DNA of 64,000 nt from Malacoraja senta (lineage: Eukaryota): NCBI GenBank assembly GCA_038087875.1, contig CM075989.1, forward strand, positions 12,464,001 to 12,528,000, written 5' to 3'. Positions 13,737 through 26,500 of this stretch are shown here, piece after piece. Positions within the stretch are counted from its first letter, which is position 1. The number at the start of each line of letters is the position of its first letter. A model generated the notes under the pieces. That model ran no database searches. It saw only the letters and a list, made by a program, of their open reading frames with translations, and was not told the DNA's origin. A program made the translations under genes and the position numbers.

Positions 13737-15276
13737 TGCTAAATAAGAAGCTTTTTTTAAACTATTATGTTAAAATTATATTTACTATTACATGTTTAAG
13801 CTTTTACATGAAAATAAATAAACTTTATCAGAAAGGTTATTAAAACTAAATTAATTGAATGACTTCACAAGTGTAAGGGATTTTATTTTCATTACTGTTA
13901 CGAGATCAATTAGAGAATTTTTTGCTGGAGGGAAACACTGCTCTTGTAATATCATTAATCAGAGCTACAGAATATCCAGTCAAAGAGTGTGTTATCAATG
14001 ACCAAGCAAATTTCATAAACGTTGCCACAATCATGTGTAAGTAAAATACATAAATAAATTAAAAGTTTTCAGATTATCACATTGAGCATTGTATTTTACT
14101 TTGGGGAATAAAAATGTTCACAATGATTTAATTGCACACATCTTTCATAACTTTTATTTCTATCCTGGGCTGCATTCCAACAATTTTTTTCCCAGTTGCA
14201 GTCTTTCATTTACTAAAACTGGGATCAGGAGCCAACTTTTAAATTAAATCTGCCTTGTTAATTTTTATAAATGACATATCAAGACTTATTTTCGAAGTAA
14301 AATCCACATTGTGCCAATATGGTTACAAAAATTTCATAACCAGCGTCTGTAATTTTAAGCATTTGCTAATGCTATTCCTTGGCTCTACATTAGCCTCTGA
14401 AATTTTCATTTAGTAAGTATTTTTAGACGTGATGCATTTTTTGATTGCAACAATAAATTGATGCGCTACTGCAATGCAGAAAAAGGTGAGATCTTAATTT
14501 AAGAAACCATGCAAATGAACTCTGATGTAGCATGGCTCAGTAGCAAATGAATATTTTTTAAACTTGACCATGTGGTGTGCTACATTTTTCCTTCCAATCT
14601 CATATATTTACTGTTACCAAAAAAATCCCAGGCATCTGGCCTGATTGCTGACAGCTTCTTAAAATGGATGCCTCTCCCTTTGGTTTAAATTTCCACCCTC
14701 CCCAGGAACATATATTAAATGTTTTCTGGTAAATAAGTCTGAGATTCAGTATTGAATGAACCTACCTGTGCATGCGTATGATAGAGAATTTAATTAAATA
14801 AAAACTAAGTACTGTGGATGCTGAAAATCTGAGTTTAGCCTGAGCTTATCTGGTGAATCCTGCACCACACAGATATCAGCATGCTGAAGAACACATGGCC
14901 AGTTTTGCATTAGCTGATAAAGTAATTTTCCTCATTTCACAGGTGATTGACATGAAAGCCCTGGGTGATGCCTCTCAGCTTCATACCCCTACCTCAAAAA
15001 AGGACACAGTTGAAAAATGTCACCAAAGGTTTCATACCTGTAAGGAGGGGGGATATTTTTAATGGCCAGCTCCTGAAATTATTTAATTGTTTTGCTCTAA
15101 GTATCTATATCTGGTTTACTAGTCATATGCCAGTGGCATCTTACAAACATTTGTCTAAATGGAGTTTAAGATACAGGTCCTCCAGAGATTACAAACGCCT
15201 AACTGGTGTACAGACAGTATATATGAACGAGCACTTGGGAGACTGGGAGTATCGATTTGCCAGTTGCTGTGTTTTT

Positions 15277-15436
15277 TTTAGTTTAGTTTAGAAATACAGC
15301 ATGGAAACAGGCCCTTTGGCTCACCATCCACGCTGACCAGCGATCCCCGTACACTAACACTATCCTACACACACCAGGGACAATTTACAATTTTACCAAG
15401 ACAATTAGCCTACAAACTCGTACGTCTTTGGAGTGG
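15277..15436 (-). mobile_element. HE1-type V-SINE, 3' part
   Basis: (tttag)n tail; reverse complement matches the 3' half of the SINEs at 20928 and 59214. Confidence 0.75.
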
Positions 15437-15570
15437 TTGTAGGCATCTTCTGGTGTATGGGAACTTGGTTCGATATCTGAGTGGTTGATTTAAATATTCT
15501 GGTTTAACTACATGTCACCCTGGTAGGCCTATGTTTTTACTTAAATATATTACTGGGCAACCATGTTTCT

Positions 15571-16130
15571 GTGAGACCAAGCATAGACTATGCGACCGTT
15601 TCGCTGAATATTTGCTCTTGGTCCAACATGGCCTGCTGGATCTCCTGGTTGCTGACTATTTTAACTCCCCTTTCATTCAATACTGACCTTTCATTCCTGA
15701 GCCTCCTCCATTGCCAGAGTGGGGCCATGTGCAAACTGGACGAACAGCTCCTCGTATTCTTCTTGAGCAGGTTACAACCTAACAGCATGAACATTGAATT
15801 CTTCAATTTAAGGCAACTAACCTCCAAACATCTCTTCTTCCACCCACCCCCCTCCCTATTCCCCCCTCCTCTCTTCCCTGCGTCACTGCTGGATTTGTAC
15901 CAATTTCTCCCCTTCCCACTCTTCCCCCCCCCCATTCCCTTCCACGTATATTCCTTCCGCTAGCTTCACAATTCGCACATCTTCTATTCTTATCTCACAT
16001 TTTTTGTCTCTTTATTATTGGCCTTTGTCCAATCATCTGCTGATTAAAAACAACCAAATCCACATCTGTATCCACCTATCACTCGCCAAGCTTTGTCTGC
16101 TGCCACTTCTCTTTCAGCTTTCCTCCTCTA
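15571..16130 (+). mobile_element. Decayed Penelope-like element, GIY-YIG endonuclease C-terminus plus pyrimidine tract
   Basis: gagaccaagcatagacta...cgtttcgctgaa (ETK.RL.DRFAE) and KLDEQLLVFFLSRLQPNSMNIEF, homologous to 55925-56170. Confidence 0.75.
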
Positions 16131-16173
16131 AATTGTCATAGTCCAGATGGCAGGCAGGGATATTAATAATAGG

Positions 16174-16417
16174 TAGACAAAAGTGCTGGAGAAACTCAGC
16201 AGGTGCGGCAGCATCTATGGAGCGAAGGAAATAGGCAACGTCTCGGGCCGAAACCCTTCTTCAGACTGATCTTCAGTCTGATCTTCAGTCTGAAGAAGGG
16301 TTTCGGCTCGAAACGTTGCCTATTTCCTTCGCTCCATAGAGGCTGCCTCACCCGCTGAGTTTCTCCAGCACTTTTGTCTACCTTTGATTTTCCAGCATCT
16401 GCAGTTCCTTCTTGAAC
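16174..16417. mobile_element. Young Penelope pLTR fold-back insertion
   Basis: 14-bp TSD atattaataatagg (16160-16173 / 16418-16431); ~95-bp inverted arms around cttcagactgatcttcagtctgatcttcagtctgaag. Confidence 0.85.
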
Positions 16418-18864
16418 ATATTAATAATAGGGGCAGGCTCTACCCTTCTTCCACTGTGGAGGGGGGAGGGAATTGGTGGCCTGTTTCCTGACAAAGGAGG
16501 ACAAATCGGTCCTGGAGTGGATGGCCTCATCTCACGAACAGATGCAGTGGCAAAATTGAGAGAAAGGGATGGCATCTTTACAAAATATATATTTTGAGGA
16601 GGCGTGGTGTAGGTAGCTGAGGGAATTAGTGGGTTTGTAATAAATAACAGTTTGTGCTCTGTTCAAAGATGGTTTATTATTTTTATTGCACGTGTTTCAA
16701 GAGAAAAGCATCTGTCTGCAATATTCCATTAGAAATCCTAACTTAATAACAGATTATTGAGCGTTTTTGAACACTTTGTAAATATAGAGTAATGGGTAGC
16801 TGTGGTAGAGCTATGATCCAATTCAGGTGCTGTACACCAGTGCTATCATGGAGAAAAAATATCCAACGCTCTGAGATAAGATCAGGATTCAGATGTCAAT
16901 AACAGACCACAAGAGTATAGTTTAAGCAGTTCACAAGTGTCTCATTTCTGAGATCATATTGCAGTTTGGAACTCCCAAATAATTTAGCTGTGCTATTGAC
17001 GTTTTGCTTTTTTGTGATATTAAAAAGATTTGAAGATAAAATGAAAACAAAATATAGAGGGCAGTAGAGGGCAAAATATATCAAAAGAAACGAGTTAAAG
17101 TAGCAGAAAAAATGTGTTTGAGATAAAGTGAATGGGCATTGAGGACTGAGATAAGGGAGGACGTATGGAAGAAATCCAGTTGAGAAGCAGAATTGGGACA
17201 AAAATGCAATCGCATGAGATGGCCAAATGTGTGAGGTTAGATATTGTAAGAGCATTGGGAAAAGAATGAGAGCATGGAGAGAAACAAATTGTATTCTTTC
17301 CTGAATAAGGGTCCCAGCCCGAAACGTCACCTATCTATGTTCTCCAGAGGTTCTGCTGACCTGTTGCCTGATGCTGCCTGACTCTGGCACTTTGTATCCT
17401 TATTTGTAAACCAGCATTTGCAGTTCCTTGTTTCTACTGTATACTTTTCTAGTCGACTCAGTTCCCATGTTAACACTCAATCTGCTTGGATTGCTCTCTG
17501 CAATATTAAGTAGTTTAAAAGAGACAAATGCCCATATTAAAAAATGCAGAGTAGGGCTTAAGTTTTCATGTAGAAATAGCATTACGCAGCAAAAATGCTT
17601 GTGCAAGTTGATTTGAGATCAGGTCTCCGAGTCTGATCATATGCCCTGTAACTTGGTTCATGCGTATAGTTTTTCATGATTAAAGTTTTGGCATACATTA
17701 ATAACAGAGGATCGTGGCCTTGTCCAAAATACCTTTTTACCCAAAGTGACAAACAGCAACTGCATATCCTGGTCATTTCATATCACTCTGGAAATCTGAC
17801 TTGGTATTTACTAGCGTGAGTCTCTCGTGCACCCAGAGACCTACCATAGTAGGGGTCCAAAAGCCAATGTTCATGTATAGCTTTTGGAGGATTGCACATG
17901 AAGTTGGACCATATTGTCCTGGTGGCAATTGTTGGGTGCTTGGTTGCCCTAATACATTGACAGTTTGGTTCACCAGCTGAATAAATTAATTTCTTACCCA
18001 CCCCTCTCCCGTCACCACTTTCCCCAATCTCAAAACCACCCCTGGTGAAGATATGTGTCAGATATCCCACCTGTGCTTTCCAATGCTTTACCATCTCCTC
18101 TCACCACCACCATTACTGGGTGACGTGCCAGGCTGCATGTGCCCCTTTCCTCACCAACTGTAACAAAATCAGAACAGACCCTCAGCAAAATGATAATTGG
18201 ATAGGAATTTTCCAAAAATATTTAAATAAATATTTTTTCCAAAAATGGTCTTTTAGCTTGAGACTTGGGCATAAAATGAAAATTTCAAGGGTGGCCAACA
18301 GTCCTTGGCCTTCAGCACTGCACCCACCAGCACACCATCAGGTGCTCAAGAATTTCTAGTTAAATTCCCTTTTCATTTGATTTGGGAGTGGGGTCAATGC
18401 TGGCTTTGTTACTGTCATGCCAAATTGCCATGAGCAAAAAGTGCCAGCTGTTGCCTTGTATACATATAGATTGCCTTTACAACTGAAAAATTGTTTAATA
18501 AAAAGTTTAATGCATAGGATATTGAAAAGCAAACAATTACCAAGGACTTGTGTTACATGTAAACCATACTTGTACAAATGATAGTTTCTTTCCCTGCCTG
18601 TTCTTTCATTCTTAAGGAATGGACATTACTAACTAGATCATGATTTGTCTTCTTCAGAACTGCTTACCAAGGCATTTTGTATTGTGAAGTTGCTCCATGT
18701 TATTCATGAGGTCCCAGGATATTGCTGAGAAAGGACCAGTAATACATGTTCAAGTCAACTTAGTCTGAGATTTAAGAAAGAATCTTGAAGAGGATAGCAT
18801 TTCATGTATCTGCTGTCTGCTGGCCATGTCCCTCTAGTTTGTAGAGATAAAGTTGGGGGAAGCA

Positions 18865-19686
18865 CTGACTATCTGTCTCTGTTTTTCATCTTTTTGTTAC
18901 TTTTAGTCTGTTTAAAAAGTATGTTTTGGAGGTTTCTTAGTCTTTTTATGTGGGGGGAGGTGGGGAGGGTAAGGGGGAAACCGTTTCTCAGTCACTTCCT
19001 GGCGAGGATGCAACTATTCTCCGAGTCACGTCTTCGCCCCCCCCCCCAAACCCCCCCCCCCTCCTCGCGGCCTACCATCTGGATTGGCGCAGCCTTTCTT
19101 GCCAGAGACCGACCAGAGCTTCAGCGGCGGTGCAGCATTGATTTGCCATGGCGGAGCGGGCGATGCCTTACCGGGGATCGCTTGTTGAAGCTCTGGAGTG
19201 TTGGGCCTGCTGCTTTATCGTCGTGGAGCTATGGTTGCGGAGCTTCCAGCCGCGGGCGGCGCTGACTTCAACATCGCGGAGTCCTGGTGATCCCTTTGCT
19301 GACTTCGGGAGCCGCGGTCTCCGGTAAGAAGTGGCCGATTCAGAACTCCAAGCCGCTGAGAATGTTCTTCCCTTCCAACTTCGGAGTTCTGATCATCCTG
19401 GCGAGAGGACCTGAACATCGGGCCACCGTAGCGGCGACTGCGGAGGGCTCGGGAGGCCCGACCACGGGTGAACAACAAAGAGGAAGAAAGACGACTGAAT
19501 TTTGGTGCCTTTCCTCACAGTGGGAAATGTTGATTCCGCTGTGTGGGGATATTTATGTTAAATTCTATCGTGTGTTGTATTCTTTTTTATTCGTATGGCT
19601 GTATGGTAACCCAAATTTCACTGTACCAATTAGAGCATGTGACAATAAATGTAAACTTGAACTTGAACTTGAACTTGAACTTGAAC
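18865..19686 (+). mobile_element. CpG-rich non-LTR element 3' region with (aacttg)n tail; possibly Rex1/Babar-related 3' UTR or non-autonomous derivative
   Basis: Ends aatttcactgtacc...tgtgacaataaatgta(aacttg)5, resembling the 3' end at 60880-60950. 5' boundary approximate. Confidence 0.5.
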
Positions 19687-19905
19687 AAAGAAGTTCGGTT
19701 ACTTATTGAAATGCATCCTTGCAGCAGGGGACCTGTAGGGATAGTGGGAAAAGGGGAATGGATGTTTAAAGTGCTGGATTCTGTCGATATCTCACTTAGG
19801 ACAGGACAATCATAATCATAGAAATTTTCTCCAACCTTCTCATTACTATTGGAAATTTGAAGGTCTGGCAGAAATCCTTGAACTTGGGTAGATTTTTAAC
19901 CAAGT

Positions 19906-20200
19906 TATAGAAACATAGAAACATAGAAACATAGAAATTAGGTGCAGGAGTAGGCCATTCGGCCCTTCGAGCCTGCACCGCCATTCAATATGATCATGGC
20001 TGATCATCCAACTCAGTATCCCGTACCTGCCTTCTCTCCATACCCTCTGATCCCTTTAGCCACAAGGGCCACATCTAGCTCCCTCTTAAATATAGCCAAT
20101 GAACTGGCCTCGACTACCCTCTGTGGCAGAGAGTTCCAGAGATTCACCACTCTCTGTGTGAAAAAAGTTCTTCTCATCTCGGTTTTAAAGGATTTCCCCC
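19906..20200 (-). mobile_element. Young CR1 3' end
   Basis: (catagaaa)n tail; KTEMRRTFFTQRVVNLWNSLPQ...GIRGYGEKAG. Confidence 0.9.
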
Positions 20201-20927
20201 TGCTATAGTGTAAATTTAAAGGAAATTTCAAGCCAGTGATATGTGATGAAAAATACAGATAATTATGCTGAAAGATTGCTTCTATTGTATGAAATGCAGT
20301 TTTTGCATTAACCAGATCTACTTTAAATATTTCAACAATATCTTATGGAATAGATGCGTTTTTGATGGATGAAATGGATAAAAGGGCACCCAAAATAAAT
20401 TATAGCTATTAGATAGCCCACACGGCAAGGACAGTATCAAAGCAATTGATCCTTAAATGATTCATGTAAATCGCAACTTCAGTAACTCCAAAATTAGCAC
20501 AATAATGTATCATATTAATTTTACCATCTGCATTTTTACACAAACATCTGGGGTGATGTGAAGAGTAATGAGCTCTGAGTTACAGCATGGACAATTTGTC
20601 TGCTATGCTGAGCATTCAGGGACTAGGGAAAAGTTTGTAATATGGTTAAACTCACTTTGGTTTCTATACATTTACAAGTAAATAAATTAACCTATTATTG
20701 CCAAATACTGTATGGTGCTACCCACTAAACAAGGCTTGTCTGATATCTTGGCTAATACCACTTCTGTGTACTTGGTAAACCCCAATAGCAGAAATTCATT
20801 TACCCATTTTTTTCCATTTGTCATGTTGGCCTGATGTAACAAAAATCTATTGATCTGAGGTTTGAAAGTTCCAATTATCCATAAGCATCCATAGTAATTT
20901 GGGATCATACACACATTTTCATTACTG

Positions 20928-21221
20928 TGGTGGTGCAGCGGTAGAGTTGCTGCCTTACAGTGCCAGAGACCCGTGTTTAATCCTGACTATGGGTGCAGTC
21001 TGTACGGAGTTTATACATTCTCCCTGCGACCACGTGGGTTTTCACTGGGTGCTCCGTTTTCCTCCCACACTCCAATGATGTACAGGTTTGTAAGTTAATT
21101 GGTTTCTGTGACTTTTGTCTAGTGCGTAGGATGGTGCTAGTGTACGGGGTGATAATTGGTTGGCACAGACTCATGGGCCGAAGGGCTTGTTTATATTCTG
21201 TATCTCTAAAGTCTAAAGTCT
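20928..21221 (+). mobile_element. Full-length HE1-type V-SINE (tRNA-derived head)
   Basis: A-box-like tggtgcagcggtagag, B-box-like gtttaatcc, V-domain gggtgctccgttttcctcccacactcc, tail tctaaagtctaaagtc. Confidence 0.8.
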
Positions 21222-21336
21222 GAGAAAATGTTAGTATGAAAATTAAGTTAAAAAGCTCCATTGTTGTGTTAATTCTGGGGTTGCAATTTACATGAATCAT
21301 TTGGGGATTAACCGCTTCATTTCATTCACAAATGAA

Positions 21337-21470
21337 CAGTCTGAAGAAGGGTTTCGGCCCGAAACGTTGCCTATTTCCTTCGCTCCATAGATGCTGCTGC
21401 ACCCGCTGAGTTTCTCCAGCACTTTTGCCTACCTTCGATTTTCCAGCATCTGCAGTTCCTTCTTAAACAC
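21337..21470 (+). mobile_element. Penelope pLTR fragment with hammerhead-like core
   Basis: cagtCTGAAGAagggtttcggcccGAAACgtt...cagttccttcttaaacac. Confidence 0.8.
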
Positions 21471-22439
21471 TAGATCTAATTTTCTCTGGATCTGGTACTG
21501 CTGGATCACCAGGTGTTGGAAAACGGAATATAACTTATGTACATCTTAATAATTTAAACTTTAAACTCTGGTGGTAGTCAAAGATTCATTTGGTTTTATA
21601 CTTTTATGTTTCAAATTCAAATTAGACTCTTCCCTTTCTGTGAGGTGTATTTGGGATGCTTATATGATACAGTAAAAGTGACACAGTAATATCTCACTGA
21701 GGTTAGGGCTTAATGGAATCTAGAAGTACAGATACGCAAATCTAATATTAACAATACTGGTTATAGAATTAGATTTTGTAGCATGGAAACAGGCTTTTAG
21801 GCCCAACTTGTCTTTCCCTCCAGTATGTCAATCTGAGCTAATCCCATTTTCCTGTATTTGTCCCGTATCTCGCTAAATCTTTTAATAAGGCATTATAAGG
21901 TTATAATTAACCTCATGCACACAGAGGCAGAAAGGTGCTTAAATTGAATATACATACCATACAGTCTATCTTTATTAATTCTTAAAATTGAAGACACTGA
22001 CATTGTGGTTTTTAAACAGGTCTTTGATATTTTGTTTCAGCAACCCATTAATCACCCTATTGCTGGAAGGCTAAATTACTGGTGTTATAGTGCAAAAGGT
22101 TTATGGTTAATGCTGTTTATCTTCCTTTGCTGGACTAAAGCTCCAAACACAGTTCTTTATCAGCATGTAACTGTAGATAGTTGTACTGGAATGATTTGTT
22201 TTTGCTCAATTAGGTGGATTAATCAGCCTGCTAACTTTCTAATACATCACATGGAGCTGCTAAATGAGGCACAAAACGGAGTAATGAATCAGCAGAACCT
22301 CTTAATTGCTAACATTGTAGGTTGGGTTTAGTATGCTTTCATTATGATAGGACCAATGTTTGTATCTATAGTTATATCTATAATTTTGACTTTCGGGGAG
22401 AGTAGCAAAAGGTTATGGCTACACAATCACTAGAGTAGT

Positions 22440-25400
22440 GACACGGGTTAATAACCTCATTAAAACACCAGGCTCTTGCATTAATTTCTAGGGGAATAGA
22501 ATTAAAAGTCAGAAAAGATATGCTAAATTTGTCTGAAATCTTGATTGAATAATGCTTGGGGTAATGTGCACTGTTCCAGTCTCCATATTATGATTCAAAA
22601 GTACAATCTTGAAAAATTCAAAAATAGATAAGGGAAATATTAGAACTGGGGAAAATGCTTATATGAGGAAACATTGAACAGCCTGGGATTTTTTTCTGGA
22701 AAGGAAGACCTTATGATCTTTATAAAATGAGCAGATGTAGAAAAGCTGTTTCCAACTCTAGCTGAAACCATCTTTAGGAGCTGTAAATGGAAATTCCATG
22801 GAATAAGGGTGTAAGAGTATTATGAATGTGGAACTCACTAACTCGCTGTCTAATTATGTTGGACAATGAGTACAATTAAGAGAAAGTGAGATAAGCAAGT
22901 GAAATAGAAAGGAAGATAAGGCGGTATTGTCATGGTAAGAGTAAAAGGGTGGGGAATGTTTCTGTGAAATATAAACATGAGCATAGACCAAGACTGACCG
23001 GCCAGTGTTTTTGCTGCAGACCAGATGTAATTTTGTGTAACGTATATTAAGGCTGAAGATGTAGATGTTTTATTAGATTTTATTTCTTTATTCACTATTT
23101 CTATCTGGGTATCACTGGCATTGTTAGCATCTATGGCCCGTTTGCCCTGGAGAAGATGATGAGCAGTTACATGCTAATCCAACTTGCCATCATTAGGTCT
23201 GTAACCTTCTATACATTTCCAATTCAAGTGTCTGACCAAATGCCTTTTAAATGTTTTAGTCGTACCTGCCCTCTATCACCACCTCTGGCATCTCATTCCA
23301 GATAACCCAAAACTATATGGAGAAACACCACTCAGATCTCCTTAAAATGTCAGCTGTTAGACCCAGTAATAGTTAAGCACTGGCATTGTACTACTTTGAA
23401 GGGAACATGCAGGTGGTGGTGTTCCCATGCAATGGCAGCTAATATCCTTGGTGGTTGCAGGATTGGGAAGTGCTATTGTGTAGCATGGGTGAATAGCTAC
23501 AGTTAATTTTGAAAATGATACACATTGCAACTACCACGTTTGACTTTGGAAGAAATTAATGTTTGGGGTGATTGATGGGGTTCCAACAAAGCAAGCTCCT
23601 TTGATCTGAATGACTTTGACCTTCTTAAGAGATGTTGCACTGTACTCATCCTGGTAAGGAAAGTGAATTCATAATGCTTCTGACTTGTGACTTGCAGATG
23701 CACTTTGGCATTCCAGAAAGTGATTTATTAGTCACAAGATACCAAACCTCTGAGCCACATTTGTACCCACAGTGTTTATGTGGCTTATCCACTAGAATCT
23801 CTGGTGATCCACAGGATGTTGATGTTGGGGATATATAGTGATATTAATACTAATGAATGCAAAAGATAGGTGGTTAAATTCTCTTTTGTTAGAGATGGTC
23901 ATGGCCTGACACGTTAGTGCCAAAATATTACTTGTGACTCGAGGCCATTTTGAAATGTTACCCAGGTCTTGCTGAATATTGCATCATCATGAGAAAACAT
24001 CCTGACTTTTGACCTTGTCATGGAAAGAAGATCATCGAGGAAGCAGCTAAAGATGGTTGAGTTTAGGACAATGCCCTGAGAAACACTGGCATTAATCATC
24101 TGAAGAATAGATTATTAATCTCCAGTCACCACAATTGTTTACTTTTGTACTTTGTGATTCCAGGGCAGTCACTCTCACTTCATCTTTAGAATTCAGCACT
24201 TTAGATCGTGTTTGGATCAAAACAGTGATGAGGTTGGACTTGAATGGCCTTGGCAAACTGCAAACCACGTATTGATAAGCAGTTTATTGGTGATTAGGTG
24301 CTTCCTGAGTACTGCCAGTGGTACCCTCCAGCCCATTGTTGATGATTGAGCAAATGATTGGAGCTGTGGCTTGCAGGTTGAAATGTACAGATGGACATTA
24401 TCCTAGCAGATTAAAGGAAGTGACAAATGAAATAATTGATAAATTAGTTTCAATTTTCCAAAACCCTTAGATTAAGGGAAGAGTCTATTGAATAGGAAAC
24501 AAATAAATGTAATAAGGGAGTTAAATTTGTGGCAAAGGAAATCAAATTTGACCTGTTTATTGAGGTTCTTTGAAGATGTAATAGGAGAATGGTTATAGGA
24601 GAACCAATTAATGTAATAACACAACAAAAAATATTGTGGAAACTAAATGCTCACATAGAAGGTAACATGTTTATGTACAAGATTGGTTGCCTAGCAGTTT
24701 ACAAGATTGGCTGGCGAGCAGGAAACGGAGAGTAAGCACCAAATGGGCCTTTTACTGCTCAGCAAGATATAATGAGAGGAATGCCATAGGGATCAGTGCT
24801 GCTGTGCCAGCTTTATACAATTTTTATAAATGACGATGAAGTCATCAAAGGTATGGTTGCTAAATTTGCTGATGACAGAAAGATAGGTAGGAAAGTAAGT
24901 TATGGAGAGGATAATTAGATAAAATGAGTTGTCAAGATGTGCCAAGTGGAATACATTGTGCAAAATTGTGGATTTAATAGGAAAGGCAAAAAAAAAGTAT
25001 ATTTAAATAGTGAAAGATTATAGGACTTTCAACATGATGAGATCTGATTGTTCTACTACATAATTAACAAAAGGCTAGTGCGCAGACTAAATAAGAACTC
25101 CGGAAAGCTAACAGATTGTGATTGTTTATTGTGAGCGGATTGCCAAATATGGAGATTGTGCTTCAGTTACATTGAGCTGGGATGGAACCTTATCTGGAGT
25201 ACTATGATCAGTCTCCTTATGTAAGGAAATATGTTTAATATAGAACATAGAATAATACAGCACAGGAAAACATCCTTTGGCCCATGTTGTCTGTATCAAA
25301 GATGGTGCCAATTTAATCTAATCCCCATTGCCTGCACAGGATCCATATCCGTCCCCTCCCTGCATTTTAAAATGCCTATTAAAAAGCCTCTTAAAGATAG

Positions 25401-26500
25401 TGGGGCATATCTCCGTCTATTTTTCTGTCTCTCACTTCTTCGGCAGTTCAGGGGTCTTTACTTCTCTTTTTTTGTATTTTTCTTCTTTCTCTTCATTCTT
25501 TCCTTTTCACTTTTTTTCTCGATTCACTTATCAGTTCATAAAATGTTAAAAATGAAGCTGTACCAAAATTGTATAATTGTTATGCCGATTGCTTTATTCT
25601 TGTACAATTGCTTCCAATAAAATAAGCATTAAAAAAATTTAATAATAATAAATAAATAAATAAATAAAATGAAAATAAAAATAAAAAGCCTCTTAAATAC
25701 CACTATTGTATCTGCTTCCTCCATCACCACTGGCAGTGCATTCTAGGCATCCACTCTCTGTGTAAAAGACTTGCGCTACACATCCTCTATAAACTTTCTC
25801 CCTCTCACCTATGCCTTTTAGTATTTGATATTTTCATCCTGGGGAAAAAGATTCTGACTGTCTACCCTATCTATGCCTCTCGTACTTTTACAGATTTCTA
25901 TCAGGCATCCTTTCAGCCTCTGGAACTTCAGAGAAAAGAATCCAAGTTTGTCCAACCTCTTCTAATAATTAATACCCTTTAATCAGGCAGCATCCTAGTA
26001 AACCTCTTCTGCATTCTGCTCAAAATCTCTACATTCTTCCTGTAAGGGGGTGACTATTTATTGTGTACCATGTTAATGTCTTGAAAGCTGTTCAAAGACG
26101 ATTTATTAAACTAATACCTAGAATGAGCAGGGCATCTAAAGAGGAAAGTGAACACGTTTTGCTTGCATCTGCTGGAGCACAGGAGTTAGAGGATGCTTGA
26201 TTTAGCATATAAAATTCAGACGGATCTTGACATAATGGATGTGGAAAGCACGTTCCAGTCAGGATGAGGAATAAGGGTACTGACCCAAAACGCCACCTTT
26301 CCATGTCCTCCAGAGAGACTGCCTGACCGCTGAGTTACTTCAGCACTTTGTGTCCTACAAAATTTCCAGCGTCCGCAGTTCATTGTGTTTACATTTTACT
26401 GGATGTGGGAGAATCTAGAACAAGGGGAAAATGATTTGTTTTGAAAATATAGGTTTACCCATTTAAGAAGAGACAATGACATTTTTTCTCTTGTAGTTTT
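22440..26500. mobile_element. Patchwork of old CR1-type fragments on both strands
   Basis: VSQGIVLNSTIFSCFLDDL (23914-24099, -); aaatttgctgatgac (KFADD, ~24862, +); catagaa tail and CR1 3' end on - at ~25240-26010. Confidence 0.6.
25396..25681 (+). mobile_element. Retroposed 3' UTR fragment with A-rich tail (L1/Tx1-like)
   Basis: 16-bp TSD taaaaagcctcttaaa (25380-25395 / 25682-25697), aataaa and (aataa)n tail; inserted into a CR1 fragment. Confidence 0.7.

Noticed and set aside
19287..19815. ORFs with LELELELE / NLNLNLNL
   Set aside because: They are translations of the (aacttg)n retroposon tail.
20928..21000. tRNA gene
   Set aside because: It is the tRNA-derived head of a V-SINE and continues into the SINE body and tail.
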